Shown: positions 35,620 through 44,988 of the stretch, piece after piece
Numbering within the stretch: position 1 is the stretch's first letter
Layout of the letters: each line of letters starts with the position of its first letter
Notes under the pieces: generated by a model
Told to the model about the DNA's origin: nothing
Database searches by the model: none
What the model saw: only the letters and a program-made list of their open reading frames with translations
Assembly (NCBI GenBank): GCA_046759465.1
Contig: JBHICH010000005.1
Location: 1 to 55,869, forward strand
Direction: 5' to 3'
Origin: Nitrososphaerales archaeon
GTDB lineage: Archaea; Thermoproteota; Nitrososphaeria; Nitrososphaerales; UBA213
DNA length: 55,869 nt
Program-made: the position numbers and the translations under genes

Positions 35620-36069
35620 ATGCAAGAGATTAGCCGTGGGGACGAGGCACCAGATTTTAGAGCTGACTCAACACAAGGAAAGATAAGTTTAAAGGATTAT
35701 CGTGGAAAAAACCTGGTGCTCTACTTTTATGTAAAGGATCAGACACCAGGCTGTACAATGCAATCATGTAGTTTAAGAGATGGTATAGAAAAGCTTAAAG
35801 CTCATAACGCAGAAGTGCTTGGTATCAGCGTAGACGGTCTTGACTCGCACAACAAGTTCGCGTTCAAATACAACTTGAACTTTCCACTGGTAGCAGATCC
35901 AGATTTTAAGATAAGTAAAGCGTATAACGTATTTAACGAGGAAAGGCAAATGTCAAGAAGAGTAACTTTTCTAATAGACAAGAATGGTATGATCACACAC
36001 ATATTTCCAAAAGTTGATGTTCAAGCTCATGCGGAAGAAGTAGTTGAAGTATTAAAATCCATCAAATAA
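35620..36069 (+). CDS. bcp: thiol peroxidase / peroxiredoxin Bcp
   Basis: 149-aa ORF with the canonical FYVKDQTPGCTMQSC (Cp-x4-Cr) active site. Confidence 0.88.
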   Translation: MQEISRGDEAPDFRADSTQGKISLKDYRGKNLVLYFYVKDQTPGCTMQSCSLRDGIEKLKAHNAEVLGISVDGLDSHNKFAFKYNLNFPLVADPDFKISKAYNVFNEERQMSRRVTFLIDKNGMITHIFPKVDVQAHAEEVVEVLKSIK

Positions 36070-36084
36070 TGGTAGGTCGGTTTT

Positions 36085-37356
36085 ATGCCAAATGTATTGA
36101 TAGCTGGTTCAGGCGGTAGGGAACATGCATTAGGGTGGAAGTTAAGCCAAAGTTCCAAGGTTGAAAATACTTTTTTCGCTTCAGGAAATGGAGGAACGAA
36201 TGAGAATATACACATTGCGCCAAGTGAAATAGATAAGCTGATTAATTTTTGCAGGCAGAATAATTGCTTTACGGTTGTAGGTCCAGAAGAACCTCTGTCA
36301 AGAGGGATCGTTGATTCATTCGAAGCTGCTGGGCTAAAAATCTTTGGCACAAGCAAGGAAGCCGCGATTTTGGAAACGAGCAAGGTATGGGCCAAGAACT
36401 TTATGAAGAAATATGGTATAAGGGCACCTGATTTTCAAACCTTCGATGATATTGAGCGAGCAAAGAATTATGTACAGAAAAGTGCAAAGGCATTAGTGAT
36501 AAAGGCAGATGGGTTAGCTGCTGGCAAGGGTGTTATTGTCTGCGACTCTAAAGAGGAAGCATTTAATGCTTTGCATAGGATAATGGTTGCAAAAGAGTTT
36601 GGTGATGCAGGTAGGAGTGTGGTTGTTGAGGAGAGGGTTAAAGGCGAGGAAGCATCGTTCATTGTCATGACTGATGGGAAAACAATCATTCCTCTAGCAT
36701 CGACCCAGGATCACAAGAGAATTTACGACGATGACAAGGGCCCTAATACCGGTGGCATGGGAGCATATTCGCCAACTCCATTAATTGATGAGAAATTAAA
36801 TGACACTATCATGCGTGATGTTATGCAAAAGACAGTAGCTGGCATGAGAAGCGAAGGTAGAACGTTTAAAGGATTTCTTTACGCCGGTTTGATGATCAAT
36901 AATGGCAAACCGTATGTTTTGGAGTTCAATGTTAGAATGGGTGATCCCGAGTGCCAGCCCATCATGATGCGGATGGAGTCAGATCTCTTCGAATATATGG
37001 AACATTGTGTAAATGGTAGGCTCGACGTTCTTGAAGAGATGAAGTGGAGCCAAAGAGCAGCAGTATGTGTTGTGATGGCATCAAAAGGCTATCCAGGCAG
37101 TTATGAAAAAGGTAAGGTAATCACCGGATTGGATCGAATAAAAAACAATAACGTTTTTGTCTTCCATGCTGGCACAGCTAGAAAGAATGGTGGCATTGTA
37201 ACAAATGGCGGGCGTGTTCTAGGGGTCACAGCACTTGGCGATGGAATAGCGAATGCGATAAAGAATGCGTACAATGCTGTAGCGATGATAAGCTGGGATG
37301 GCTCTTACTACAGGAAAGATATAGGAAGAAGAGCTCTCAAGTATTTGAAGGCCTAA
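36085..37356 (+). CDS. purD: phosphoribosylamine-glycine ligase
   Basis: 423-aa ORF with N-terminus VLIAGSGGREHALGWKL, an ATP-grasp core, and C-terminal TNGGRVLGVTA. Confidence 0.92.
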   Translation: MPNVLIAGSGGREHALGWKLSQSSKVENTFFASGNGGTNENIHIAPSEIDKLINFCRQNNCFTVVGPEEPLSRGIVDSFEAAGLKIFGTSKEAAILETSKVWAKNFMKKYGIRAPDFQTFDDIERAKNYVQKSAKALVIKADGLAAGKGVIVCDSKEEAFNALHRIMVAKEFGDAGRSVVVEERVKGEEASFIVMTDGKTIIPLASTQDHKRIYDDDKGPNTGGMGAYSPTPLIDEKLNDTIMRDVMQKTVAGMRSEGRTFKGFLYAGLMINNGKPYVLEFNVRMGDPECQPIMMRMESDLFEYMEHCVNGRLDVLEEMKWSQRAAVCVVMASKGYPGSYEKGKVITGLDRIKNNNVFVFHAGTARKNGGIVTNGGRVLGVTALGDGIANAIKNAYNAVAMISWDGSYYRKDIGRRALKYLKA

Positions 37357-37397
37357 CTAGTTTGTATAGTGATGATTTTAGTATATGGCACAATAGC

Positions 37398-37964
37398 TTA
37401 AGAATCAAATGCCTTGATAATGCGTTTTTCAGTAACTATGAGATTTACACGAAAATCATTCTTTCCATGCGGGATGTCTTCTAAGAGCTGAAAGTCATAG
37501 GCAAGCCCAACGCTTGTTGTTTGTTGACCTGCAAGGTATCTATCATAATATCCTTTACTGTATCCCAATCTATGACCATGTTCGTCCCACGCAATACCAG
37601 GTACCAATACTAGATCGATTTTGTTTATTTTTACGCAATGATTTTTAGGTTCCATTATATTGTAATTACCGACTTCTAATTCGTTTTGCAAATTCTGAAC
37701 TGCAACCAATACAATTTCAGTATCATCATTTACCTTTGGCAACGCAAGCTTCTTCTTCATTTGCAAAACCATTGTCAAAATCTTTGAAGTTTTAACCTCA
37801 GAACCGATTGAACAATATGCTGCGACAGTTTTCGCGCCAACAAACTCATTCATATTCAAAACTCGATCTTGAATCATCTCACTCATTTTATCTAGTATTT
37901 TTTTTGAGAACGAATCCCTTGTCTTCAGCATCGTTTCCCGCAATGCCTTCTTGGAACTATACAT
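37398..37964 (-). CDS. 5-formyltetrahydrofolate cyclo-ligase
   Basis: 188-aa ORF with the signature DLVLVPGIAWDEHGHRLGYSKGYYDRYL. It overlaps the folD 3' end by 8 nt. Confidence 0.85.
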   Translation of the reverse strand: MYSSKKALRETMLKTRDSFSKKILDKMSEMIQDRVLNMNEFVGAKTVAAYCSIGSEVKTSKILTMVLQMKKKLALPKVNDDTEIVLVAVQNLQNELEVGNYNIMEPKNHCVKINKIDLVLVPGIAWDEHGHRLGYSKGYYDRYLAGQQTTSVGLAYDFQLLEDIPHGKNDFRVNLIVTEKRIIKAFDS

Positions 37965-38829
37965 CCACTTGGATCTCCTGGTTCAATGATGTTGCTAATA
38001 CTGTATTCCTTAACAACATTGCAACAGTCATTGGTCCAACTCCACCAGGAACAGGAGTTATAAACGATGCCCTTTCCTTTACTTTATCAAAATCAACGTC
38101 GCCGAGAAATTTTCCATTGACCCTGTTTATACCTATATCAATCACAACTGCTCCTTTCTTGACCATGCCAGCTTTTATAACAAACTTGTCTCGCATGCCA
38201 ACTGCTGTAACAAGTATGTCAGCACTCTTACACTTCTGTTCAATGTTTGGAGTCTTCGAGTGACATATACTTACGGTAGCATTTTGATGCAGTAACATCA
38301 AGCTTAACGGTTTGCCCACAAGCATGCTTCGATTTATAACGACAGCATTTTTTCTTTCAACACTTATGTTGTAATATTTCAAAAGCTCTATAACGCCTGC
38401 AGGTGTGCAAGGCATTAGCTTAGCCTTATCATATGCTAGCAGACCAGCATTGAATGGTGTTAAACCATCAATATCCTTGCTTGGACTTATCATACCTGTA
38501 ACTACAAACTCGGTGATCTGCTTCGGCAATGGCAATTGAACTAGTATACCATGCACCTTTTTGTCTTCGTTAAGTATAGTTATCAATTCTACAAGTTCTT
38601 CCGTGCGGTAGTTTTCAGGAGGATGGTGATCTATTGTTTTTATACCAACATCTGCACATGCCTTTTGCTTTGTTTTTACGTAGCTTGCAGATGCTGGATT
38701 ATCACCTACCAAAACTGTAGCCAAGCAAGGCTCAACACCATTTTCCTTCAATTGCTTAACTGCATCCCCAATCTTTTCTTTTATCTTACCTGCAACAAGT
38801 TTGCCATCAATTATGGTAGCTGTCAACAT
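37957..38829 (-). CDS. folD: bifunctional methylenetetrahydrofolate dehydrogenase/cyclohydrolase
   Basis: 290-aa ORF with LATVLVGDNPASASYVKTKQKA, GILVQLPLP, PCTPAG and PVPGGVGPMTVAML. Confidence 0.92.
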   Translation of the reverse strand: MLTATIIDGKLVAGKIKEKIGDAVKQLKENGVEPCLATVLVGDNPASASYVKTKQKACADVGIKTIDHHPPENYRTEELVELITILNEDKKVHGILVQLPLPKQITEFVVTGMISPSKDIDGLTPFNAGLLAYDKAKLMPCTPAGVIELLKYYNISVERKNAVVINRSMLVGKPLSLMLLHQNATVSICHSKTPNIEQKCKSADILVTAVGMRDKFVIKAGMVKKGAVVIDIGINRVNGKFLGDVDFDKVKERASFITPVPGGVGPMTVAMLLRNTVLATSLNQEIQVDV

Positions 38830-38866
38830 GCATCACAAGCGTTAACCCATTTATAGATTTAAAGCG

Positions 38867-39490
38867 TTAAGGAAGAATCTTTACTCGTCTTCGCTCAATT
38901 GAAAGCTTGTCTTCAGAAAATAATCTCACGGCTTCTGGGTATATTTTATGTTCATACTCTAGTATCCTGGCGGCAACTGAATCAGGAGTATCATCATCCC
39001 TAACCTCAACTGCTGCTTGAATTATTATTGGACCTGTATCAACTCGCTCATCTACGAAGTGAACAGTACAGCCGCTTATCTTAACCCCGTATTCAATCGT
39101 CTGCTTTTGAGCATTCAACCCTGGAAATGATGGGAGCAGTGCTGGATGGATGTTCATTATCCTCCACCTGTAACGCTGAACAAATTCCTTGCTTAGAATC
39201 CGCATGAAACCTGCCAAACATATCAAACCATTTTCTGGAGTTACACCATGATCCTGCAAAGATTCTACGATCTTTTTGTCATAATCCCAGCTGGTACCCT
39301 TCCTGCCTTCATCGTCTATAAATAATGCATTTACTCCATGCTGTTTAGCAATATCAAGCGCCCTAACATCTGGCTTGTTACTTATTACAACACATGGTTT
39401 GACATTCTTGAGCATTCCATCCTTGATCCTATTCAGGATAGCTTCCATGTTGCTTCCTCTTCCAGATACTAGCACACCAAGATTGATCAA
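38867..39490 (-). CDS. purN: phosphoribosylglycinamide formyltransferase
   Basis: 207-aa ORF with LGVLVSGRGSNMEAIL, LAGFMRIL, NIHPALLP and VHFVDERVDTGPII. Confidence 0.9.
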   Translation of the reverse strand: MINLGVLVSGRGSNMEAILNRIKDGMLKNVKPCVVISNKPDVRALDIAKQHGVNALFIDDEGRKGTSWDYDKKIVESLQDHGVTPENGLICLAGFMRILSKEFVQRYRWRIMNIHPALLPSFPGLNAQKQTIEYGVKISGCTVHFVDERVDTGPIIIQAAVEVRDDDTPDSVAARILEYEHKIYPEAVRLFSEDKLSIERRRVKILP

Positions 39491-39693
39491 TTTATGATGC
39501 AGTACGAAGTTTTTATATTAAAATACTTTGCATAATCCGAAAGGTGCGTAACACACACTAAAGCATGTTCACGATTGGCTTTAGTGGGTCGGCTGTGCGA
39601 CATTCGTACGAGTATTCTTTTTGTATTAGTAATAGCAGAACGAACTATCGGTTTATAACTTTGGGAGGTCAATATCATTTATTGAATAAAAGA

Positions 39694-40662
39694 ATGGGAA
39701 TTGCTATTGCGATATTCTCAACCATCTTCTTTTTGGGCTCTGAACAGGCAGATGCCCAATTCTCAAACAACATACGAATCATTGATGAGAAAAGATTAAC
39801 GAATGAACAAGAACATCGTTCAGGAATGCAATTCACACCGGAAGGAAATAAAATATTCTACATCAAGAAAGATGGTATTTGGTCGCTTGAGCTAAAAGAG
39901 CCCTTTGAAGAGAAAATATTTTTGAATTTGACTGATGGTTTTGTGCATGACTTTAGAATAAATTCTGATGGAAAACAATTTGTTTGGATAAAGATCACTA
40001 CTATTGGTGACATAAAAAGGACAGGTTCGTCTAGTCTACTAATCAGTGATCTTGAAGCATTGTCTACAAGTGAACTCTTAAAATTTGATTATTGGGCACT
40101 ATTAGGTACTGACTGGACTCCTGATGGTAAAGAGATTGTTTATCAATTTGGGCCAGATGTGTGGATTTCCAATTCAGATGGAAGCAATAAGCGATTCATA
40201 ACAAGAATAGATAATGTAGCAGCTCCGCTACAACTTGGTCCTGATGGCAAGACCATTCTTGTCTCAACATACTCCTCTGACTATCCACACCCACAGAACA
40301 TTGTCATGGCAACATTGGATGGCAGACAGCAGATTTTGCTTGAAGGTTCTTCGGTGGCTGATTACTGGGCTCCAGTATTGTCACCTGATGGTTCCAAGCT
40401 GCTTTTTGTTCAACGTAACAGCCTCAAAGATTTTGATATTATGATCTCGGAACCGGATGGCTCAAACAAGATGGCTCTGATCTCATCATTGGACGACGGT
40501 AGTTCAATTGATATTACTTCAGATGGAAACAAAATTGTGTATCAAAAGGATAAGAATATTTGGTTAGCAACGTTAAGCCAATCAATTCCAGAACTTCCTC
40601 TGGTGCAGATTGTCTTAACAGCATCAATTATAGCTGTGCTCTTTACAGGCTTTAGAAGATAA
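39694..40662 (+). CDS. secreted, C-terminally anchored TolB-like beta-propeller (PD40 repeats)
   Basis: 322 aa from MGIAIAIFSTIFFLGSEQADA (signal peptide). Repeated xPDGKxIV motifs are present (TPEGNKIFY, NSDGKQFVW, TPDGKEIVY, GPDGKTILV, SPDGSKLLF, TSDGNKIVY). There is a C-terminal TM helix. Confidence 0.75.
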   Translation: MGIAIAIFSTIFFLGSEQADAQFSNNIRIIDEKRLTNEQEHRSGMQFTPEGNKIFYIKKDGIWSLELKEPFEEKIFLNLTDGFVHDFRINSDGKQFVWIKITTIGDIKRTGSSSLLISDLEALSTSELLKFDYWALLGTDWTPDGKEIVYQFGPDVWISNSDGSNKRFITRIDNVAAPLQLGPDGKTILVSTYSSDYPHPQNIVMATLDGRQQILLEGSSVADYWAPVLSPDGSKLLFVQRNSLKDFDIMISEPDGSNKMALISSLDDGSSIDITSDGNKIVYQKDKNIWLATLSQSIPELPLVQIVLTASIIAVLFTGFRR

Positions 40663-40733
40663 ACTTTAATCTGTTAAAGAGAATTAATAGTTCATTAATG
40701 TTGGAAACTTTAAGGAGGTTGTGGTAGATACAA

Positions 40734-43607
40734 ATGCAGATTGAGAATATTTTTTCAATTTTTGCCAAGCCATTGCAAAGAGCCATACAGGTTAAAGGAT
40801 TTCTTTCGCCAACAGACCCTCAGGTAAAGGCAATTCCTTTGATCCTAGAGGGAAAGAATGTGCTGCTAGTTGCCCCAACTGGAACTGGAAAAACAGAAGC
40901 AGCGCTACTTCCAATTCTTAATAAAATATACTCTATGCAGGACAAAAAACATGGCATCAAAGCTATCTACATAACACCGCTTAGAGCATTAAACAGAGAT
41001 CTGCTTGAAAGGTTACAATGGTGGTGCAAGCATTTAGACATAAGGATTGCTGTTAGGCATGGTGATACCGAGATCAAGGATAGAGGAAGGCAAGCCTTGG
41101 TGCCTCCTGAAATCTTGATTACAACTCCAGAAACCTTACAGGCAATACTTCCAGGTTTTCTGATGAGGAAACACTTGATGAGCGTCAAGTTTGTAATTGT
41201 TGATGAAGTTCATGAGCTAGCTGATGATAAGCGAGGAAGTCAGCTTGCTATTGCACTGGAGAGGCTAAGGCAGTTGGTGCTTGAAGATTTTCAAGTTATA
41301 GGTTTATCAGCGACGATAGGTACACCAGAAAAGGTCGCAAGCTTCCTTGTTGGTGACAATGAACCTTGTGAAATAGTAAAGGTTGCAGTGGCTAGGTTTA
41401 TGCAATTAGATATAGTATATCCTCAAGCTTCTCCAACTGATTATAAACTCGCGTCAAAACTTTTAACATATCCTGAAGTCGCAGCAAGGCTAAGGATAAT
41501 CAAGGAGTTTTTGCAGAAGTATCGTTCAGTACTAATCTTTACAAATACTAGAAGCGAGGCAGAGATACTAGCAAATAGATTTAGGATGTGGGATATAGAT
41601 TATCCCGTTGGCCTTCATCATGGCTCATTATCAAAACCGACGAGAGTTAATGCAGAGATCCAACTCAAAGAAGGAAAGTTGTATGGAGTCATATGCACGA
41701 GCTCGCTTGAAATGGGTATAGATATAGGTTCACTCGAAATGGCTATACAGTATAATTCCCCTCGTCAAGTTACAAGACTGCTACAAAGAGTCGGAAGGAG
41801 TGGTCATAAAGTATCCGGAACTGCTAGAGGTGTAATAATTACGCAAGATTCTGATGATACGCTTGAATCGATTGTAGTAGCAAGGAGGGCACATGAAGAA
41901 TTATTGGAGCCAGTATCTATCCCTGATATGCCATTCGATGTACTTACACATCAAATTGCTGGTCTGCTTTTGCATAAAAGAGAGTGGGATCTCGATGAAG
42001 TTCTTCAACTGGTTAGCAAAGCTTATCCTTATAGCAACTTGAAGAAAGAATATTTGCTAAAAGTCTTAGAGTACATGAACTCTCGCTACCCAAGAACTGC
42101 ATGGCTGTCTGAAGATAAAACGCAAATCAAAAGACCTCTAAATGCCAAGCAGTTGTACAAGTATTATTTCGAGAATCTCTCTATGATACCGGAAGAGAAA
42201 CATTATCTTGTGTTAAAAGAGAATGAAATTCCGATCGGGGTTCTTGATGAAGCGTTTGTAGCAGAACATGGAGATATCGGTACAAAGTTTGTTGAGGGAG
42301 GTTCTGTGTGGAGAATAATTCAAGTTTATCAAGACAAAATTTATGTTGCCGCAGAGGATGATCCTACAGGAGCAATTCCGAGCTGGGTTGGAGAAGAGAT
42401 TCCAGTTCCGTTTGAAATTGCTCAAGAAGTTGGCATGATAAGAAGGAAAGTGGAAAATGATCTTATGCAAAAGAGATCTATCAATAAGATAGTAGAAGAG
42501 CTTTGTGGAAAGTATCCTGCTAAGAAGGAAACTCTTGAAAGAATGTTATCTGAGATAAAGGAGCATGTAGAAAGAGTATTAGCCGTACCAACGGACAAGA
42601 GAATTACGATTGAGAAGTGGGATAATTATTTGGTAATCAACTCTTGTTTTGGTCACTTGGTGAACAGAACGCTTGCTAGATTACTTGCACATAAACTTTC
42701 AGAAAAGATCGGAAGTGCTGTAGGAGTTCAGCAAGATCCATATAGAATTGTAGTCAAGAGTCCAGCAACAGATGCCAGAGAACTTGAACCACTGTTCCTT
42801 AATCTTGCGAAGGAAAATATCAAAGACTTGTTCGTTAATGTATTGACAAAAACTGGAACATTTAAACGAAGAATTTTACATGTGGCAAAGAAGTTTGGAG
42901 CAATTTCAAGGGATGCTGACATAACAAGTGTAAGCCTTAACAATATGATAGAAGCCTTTAGAGATACTGCAATCTTCGATGAAGCAGTGAGAACAGTATT
43001 AAGGGTAGACGCAGACTTGCAAAATACAGCCAAAATTCTGTCCTTGATTAAGAGTGGAGAAATCCAGATAACTATTTTGGATAATAATGCTCAACTATCG
43101 CCAATGTCAAGAATCGGTATGGAAAAAATAGGGAGACGCTCTGATCTGATACCTCCACAAAGATTACAGAAGATTCTGCTCGAGTCTACAAAGGCTAGAC
43201 TGCTTTCTGAAGCTAGAACGTTGATTTGTACTCAATGCTGGGATCACATTCGAACTGCTGCAGTCAAAGAGCTGTTGAAGGATGTTAAGTGTCATAACTG
43301 CGGTTCTAACAAGATCGGTTTAACCGAAGAAACCGAGCAAAAATGCATGTTGCTTTGCGAGAAAATCCATTCAAAGCCCTCTGATCTGTCAAAAAGATAT
43401 AGACGAGTCCACAAGAATCTTGTAAAGTCGGCTGAGCTTGTTTCAAAGTATCATTTTGTAGCTGCTTTTGCCTTAGCAGGAAAGAATATTGCATTATCTG
43501 ATATCGAAAAGATTTTGGAAAAAGAAAACAGCGTGAATGATTCGTTAGTAGAGTTGATCTTAAAAGCTGAACGTAGAGCTCTTAAAAGACGTTACTTCGG
43601 GTACTAG
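40734..43607 (+). CDS. lhr: Lhr-type (COG1201) DEAD/DEAH-box superfamily-2 helicase with C-terminal zinc ribbon
   Basis: 957-aa ORF with motif I APTGTGKTEAA, motif II VDEVHEL, SAT, motif VI QRVGRSGH, a long Lhr-like WH/domain-4 region, and C-terminal CTQC...CHNC. Confidence 0.85.
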   Translation: MQIENIFSIFAKPLQRAIQVKGFLSPTDPQVKAIPLILEGKNVLLVAPTGTGKTEAALLPILNKIYSMQDKKHGIKAIYITPLRALNRDLLERLQWWCKHLDIRIAVRHGDTEIKDRGRQALVPPEILITTPETLQAILPGFLMRKHLMSVKFVIVDEVHELADDKRGSQLAIALERLRQLVLEDFQVIGLSATIGTPEKVASFLVGDNEPCEIVKVAVARFMQLDIVYPQASPTDYKLASKLLTYPEVAARLRIIKEFLQKYRSVLIFTNTRSEAEILANRFRMWDIDYPVGLHHGSLSKPTRVNAEIQLKEGKLYGVICTSSLEMGIDIGSLEMAIQYNSPRQVTRLLQRVGRSGHKVSGTARGVIITQDSDDTLESIVVARRAHEELLEPVSIPDMPFDVLTHQIAGLLLHKREWDLDEVLQLVSKAYPYSNLKKEYLLKVLEYMNSRYPRTAWLSEDKTQIKRPLNAKQLYKYYFENLSMIPEEKHYLVLKENEIPIGVLDEAFVAEHGDIGTKFVEGGSVWRIIQVYQDKIYVAAEDDPTGAIPSWVGEEIPVPFEIAQEVGMIRRKVENDLMQKRSINKIVEELCGKYPAKKETLERMLSEIKEHVERVLAVPTDKRITIEKWDNYLVINSCFGHLVNRTLARLLAHKLSEKIGSAVGVQQDPYRIVVKSPATDARELEPLFLNLAKENIKDLFVNVLTKTGTFKRRILHVAKKFGAISRDADITSVSLNNMIEAFRDTAIFDEAVRTVLRVDADLQNTAKILSLIKSGEIQITILDNNAQLSPMSRIGMEKIGRRSDLIPPQRLQKILLESTKARLLSEARTLICTQCWDHIRTAAVKELLKDVKCHNCGSNKIGLTEETEQKCMLLCEKIHSKPSDLSKRYRRVHKNLVKSAELVSKYHFVAAFALAGKNIALSDIEKILEKENSVNDSLVELILKAERRALKRRYFGY

Positions 43608-44176
43608 TTTTTAGATTCTTTACTAGAAGTACCTTCCGCAAGAACTAAGTTTAGCAAGGTCTTCTGCTCCACCTCTGCCTTTGTCCTCCAGCCGATATTG
43701 AGAGTTTCGTCTTTTTCAAGCAGATATCCTCTTCTAATGAATCTATCAAGGTTGAGCTGAACCTTCCACTTTGGGAACTTTTCTCTTAGCATTTGTTCCA
43801 GATCTTTTCTCCTTACCTTGCCTTGTCTAGGAACCATATACGCTATACTTGTAGCAAGTACAGCGATGTCATCTATCCTTAAACCCAGCGTACCACCTTC
43901 ACTTCTCAATAAAGAATCTTTAAAGACAACAAAGAACCTTGCCGAATCCAACTTCTGAATCTCAGATCGTTCTTCTTCTTCCTCTTCAAAAACACTTTTA
44001 ATTGCTAGGCCCAACTTGTCTATTTCAATATTTAATATATCGATGTATCTAGTGTAATCTTTTCCCAATACCTTCCTTAGCTCCCATCCCTTTACTCCAG
44101 GATATCGATGCTTCTGAAGCACCAACATCTGGAAAGCTTTGCTAATCTTTCTGCTAACTTCAGCTTCTTCAGACAT
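43604..44176 (-). CDS. tandem winged-helix KITE-type subunit (ScpB / MAGE-Nse3-like)
   Basis: 190 aa from MSEEAEV (ATG at 44176, overlapping the kleisin stop by 8 nt). Two WH-like halves are joined by an acidic linker (EEEEEERSE). The pattern AFQMLVLQKHRYPGVKGWELRKVL ... FFVVFKD ... IAVLATSIAYMVPRQGKVRRKDLEQML ... LDRFIRRGYLLEK ... IGWRTKAEVEQKTLLNLV parallels MAGE-homology/ScpB double-WH proteins. Confidence 0.55.
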   Translation of the reverse strand: MSEEAEVSRKISKAFQMLVLQKHRYPGVKGWELRKVLGKDYTRYIDILNIEIDKLGLAIKSVFEEEEEERSEIQKLDSARFFVVFKDSLLRSEGGTLGLRIDDIAVLATSIAYMVPRQGKVRRKDLEQMLREKFPKWKVQLNLDRFIRRGYLLEKDETLNIGWRTKAEVEQKTLLNLVLAEGTSSKESKN

Positions 44177-44987
44177 TTCCTCTGCTCTCCAAAATCTTTT
44201 GCCAACACTCATTATCAAATGTAACTGCGATTGATCTTGGAAAGGCATTTTTGGGGGGCAACTTTTGCTCATCATTTGCAACAATGTAAATTGTTTCTCC
44301 TAGTGGATCTATCTCCATAGCGGCGTATCCTTCTGAAACTAGGAAACTTGTGAGATAAGCTCTTCGAACTGAATCTTCATATGATTCGGACGCGATAAAT
44401 TCCCAATACGGAATCTTACCTTCCCTATACTTCGATCTTTTTTCCAAAAGTTCACTCCAAAGCTTTTGCAAATTATCATTGAATTCTTCTTCGCTTAGTA
44501 ATTTTAGCCTTATTAATTCATCAAATGAAATAGAACCGAGTTCAAGCGACGTATCGCGTGACAATGCAATCATCCTTTCCTTTAATGGCAACAGACTGTT
44601 CCAGTAATCAAGCGCTTGCTTAACCTTTGCTGGGGAGATTTGGTCAAGGCTGACAATCGGGTGTAAGCTCTTTAGAAATATACTTGCAAGTGTTTCTTCT
44701 GATAGAATCTTCAGCTTTAATTCTACCAGCAATGGATCCACATACAATGTTGATACTCTATGCTTTATCCATTCACCTTGCAGCCTTATCAGACCCGTTA
44801 TTCTTCTAATGGCCTCCATGTCAAGTAATAACTCGTCCAGCTCCTTCCAGTGTGGTAGATACTTCTTTAAGGTTCTAAGAGATGACTTTACATCAACATT
44901 GAATGGATCAAAGCCTTGCTTCTCCACCACCTTACAAAGGTCGATTATCCTCATGATTTGTTCATAGCTCAACTTTTGGTCGCTCAT
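44169..44987 (-). CDS. kleisin-like subunit (ScpA / Nse4-like)
   Basis: 272 aa from MSDQKL (ATG 1 nt after the SMC-like stop). It has an N-terminal helical domain, a long middle region, and a C-terminal winged helix DSVRRAYLTSFLVSEGYAAMEIDPLGETIYIV that resembles the ScpA C-terminal cap-binding domain. Confidence 0.6.
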   Translation of the reverse strand: MSDQKLSYEQIMRIIDLCKVVEKQGFDPFNVDVKSSLRTLKKYLPHWKELDELLLDMEAIRRITGLIRLQGEWIKHRVSTLYVDPLLVELKLKILSEETLASIFLKSLHPIVSLDQISPAKVKQALDYWNSLLPLKERMIALSRDTSLELGSISFDELIRLKLLSEEEFNDNLQKLWSELLEKRSKYREGKIPYWEFIASESYEDSVRRAYLTSFLVSEGYAAMEIDPLGETIYIVANDEQKLPPKNAFPRSIAVTFDNECWQKILESRGNV

Positions 44988-44988
44988 A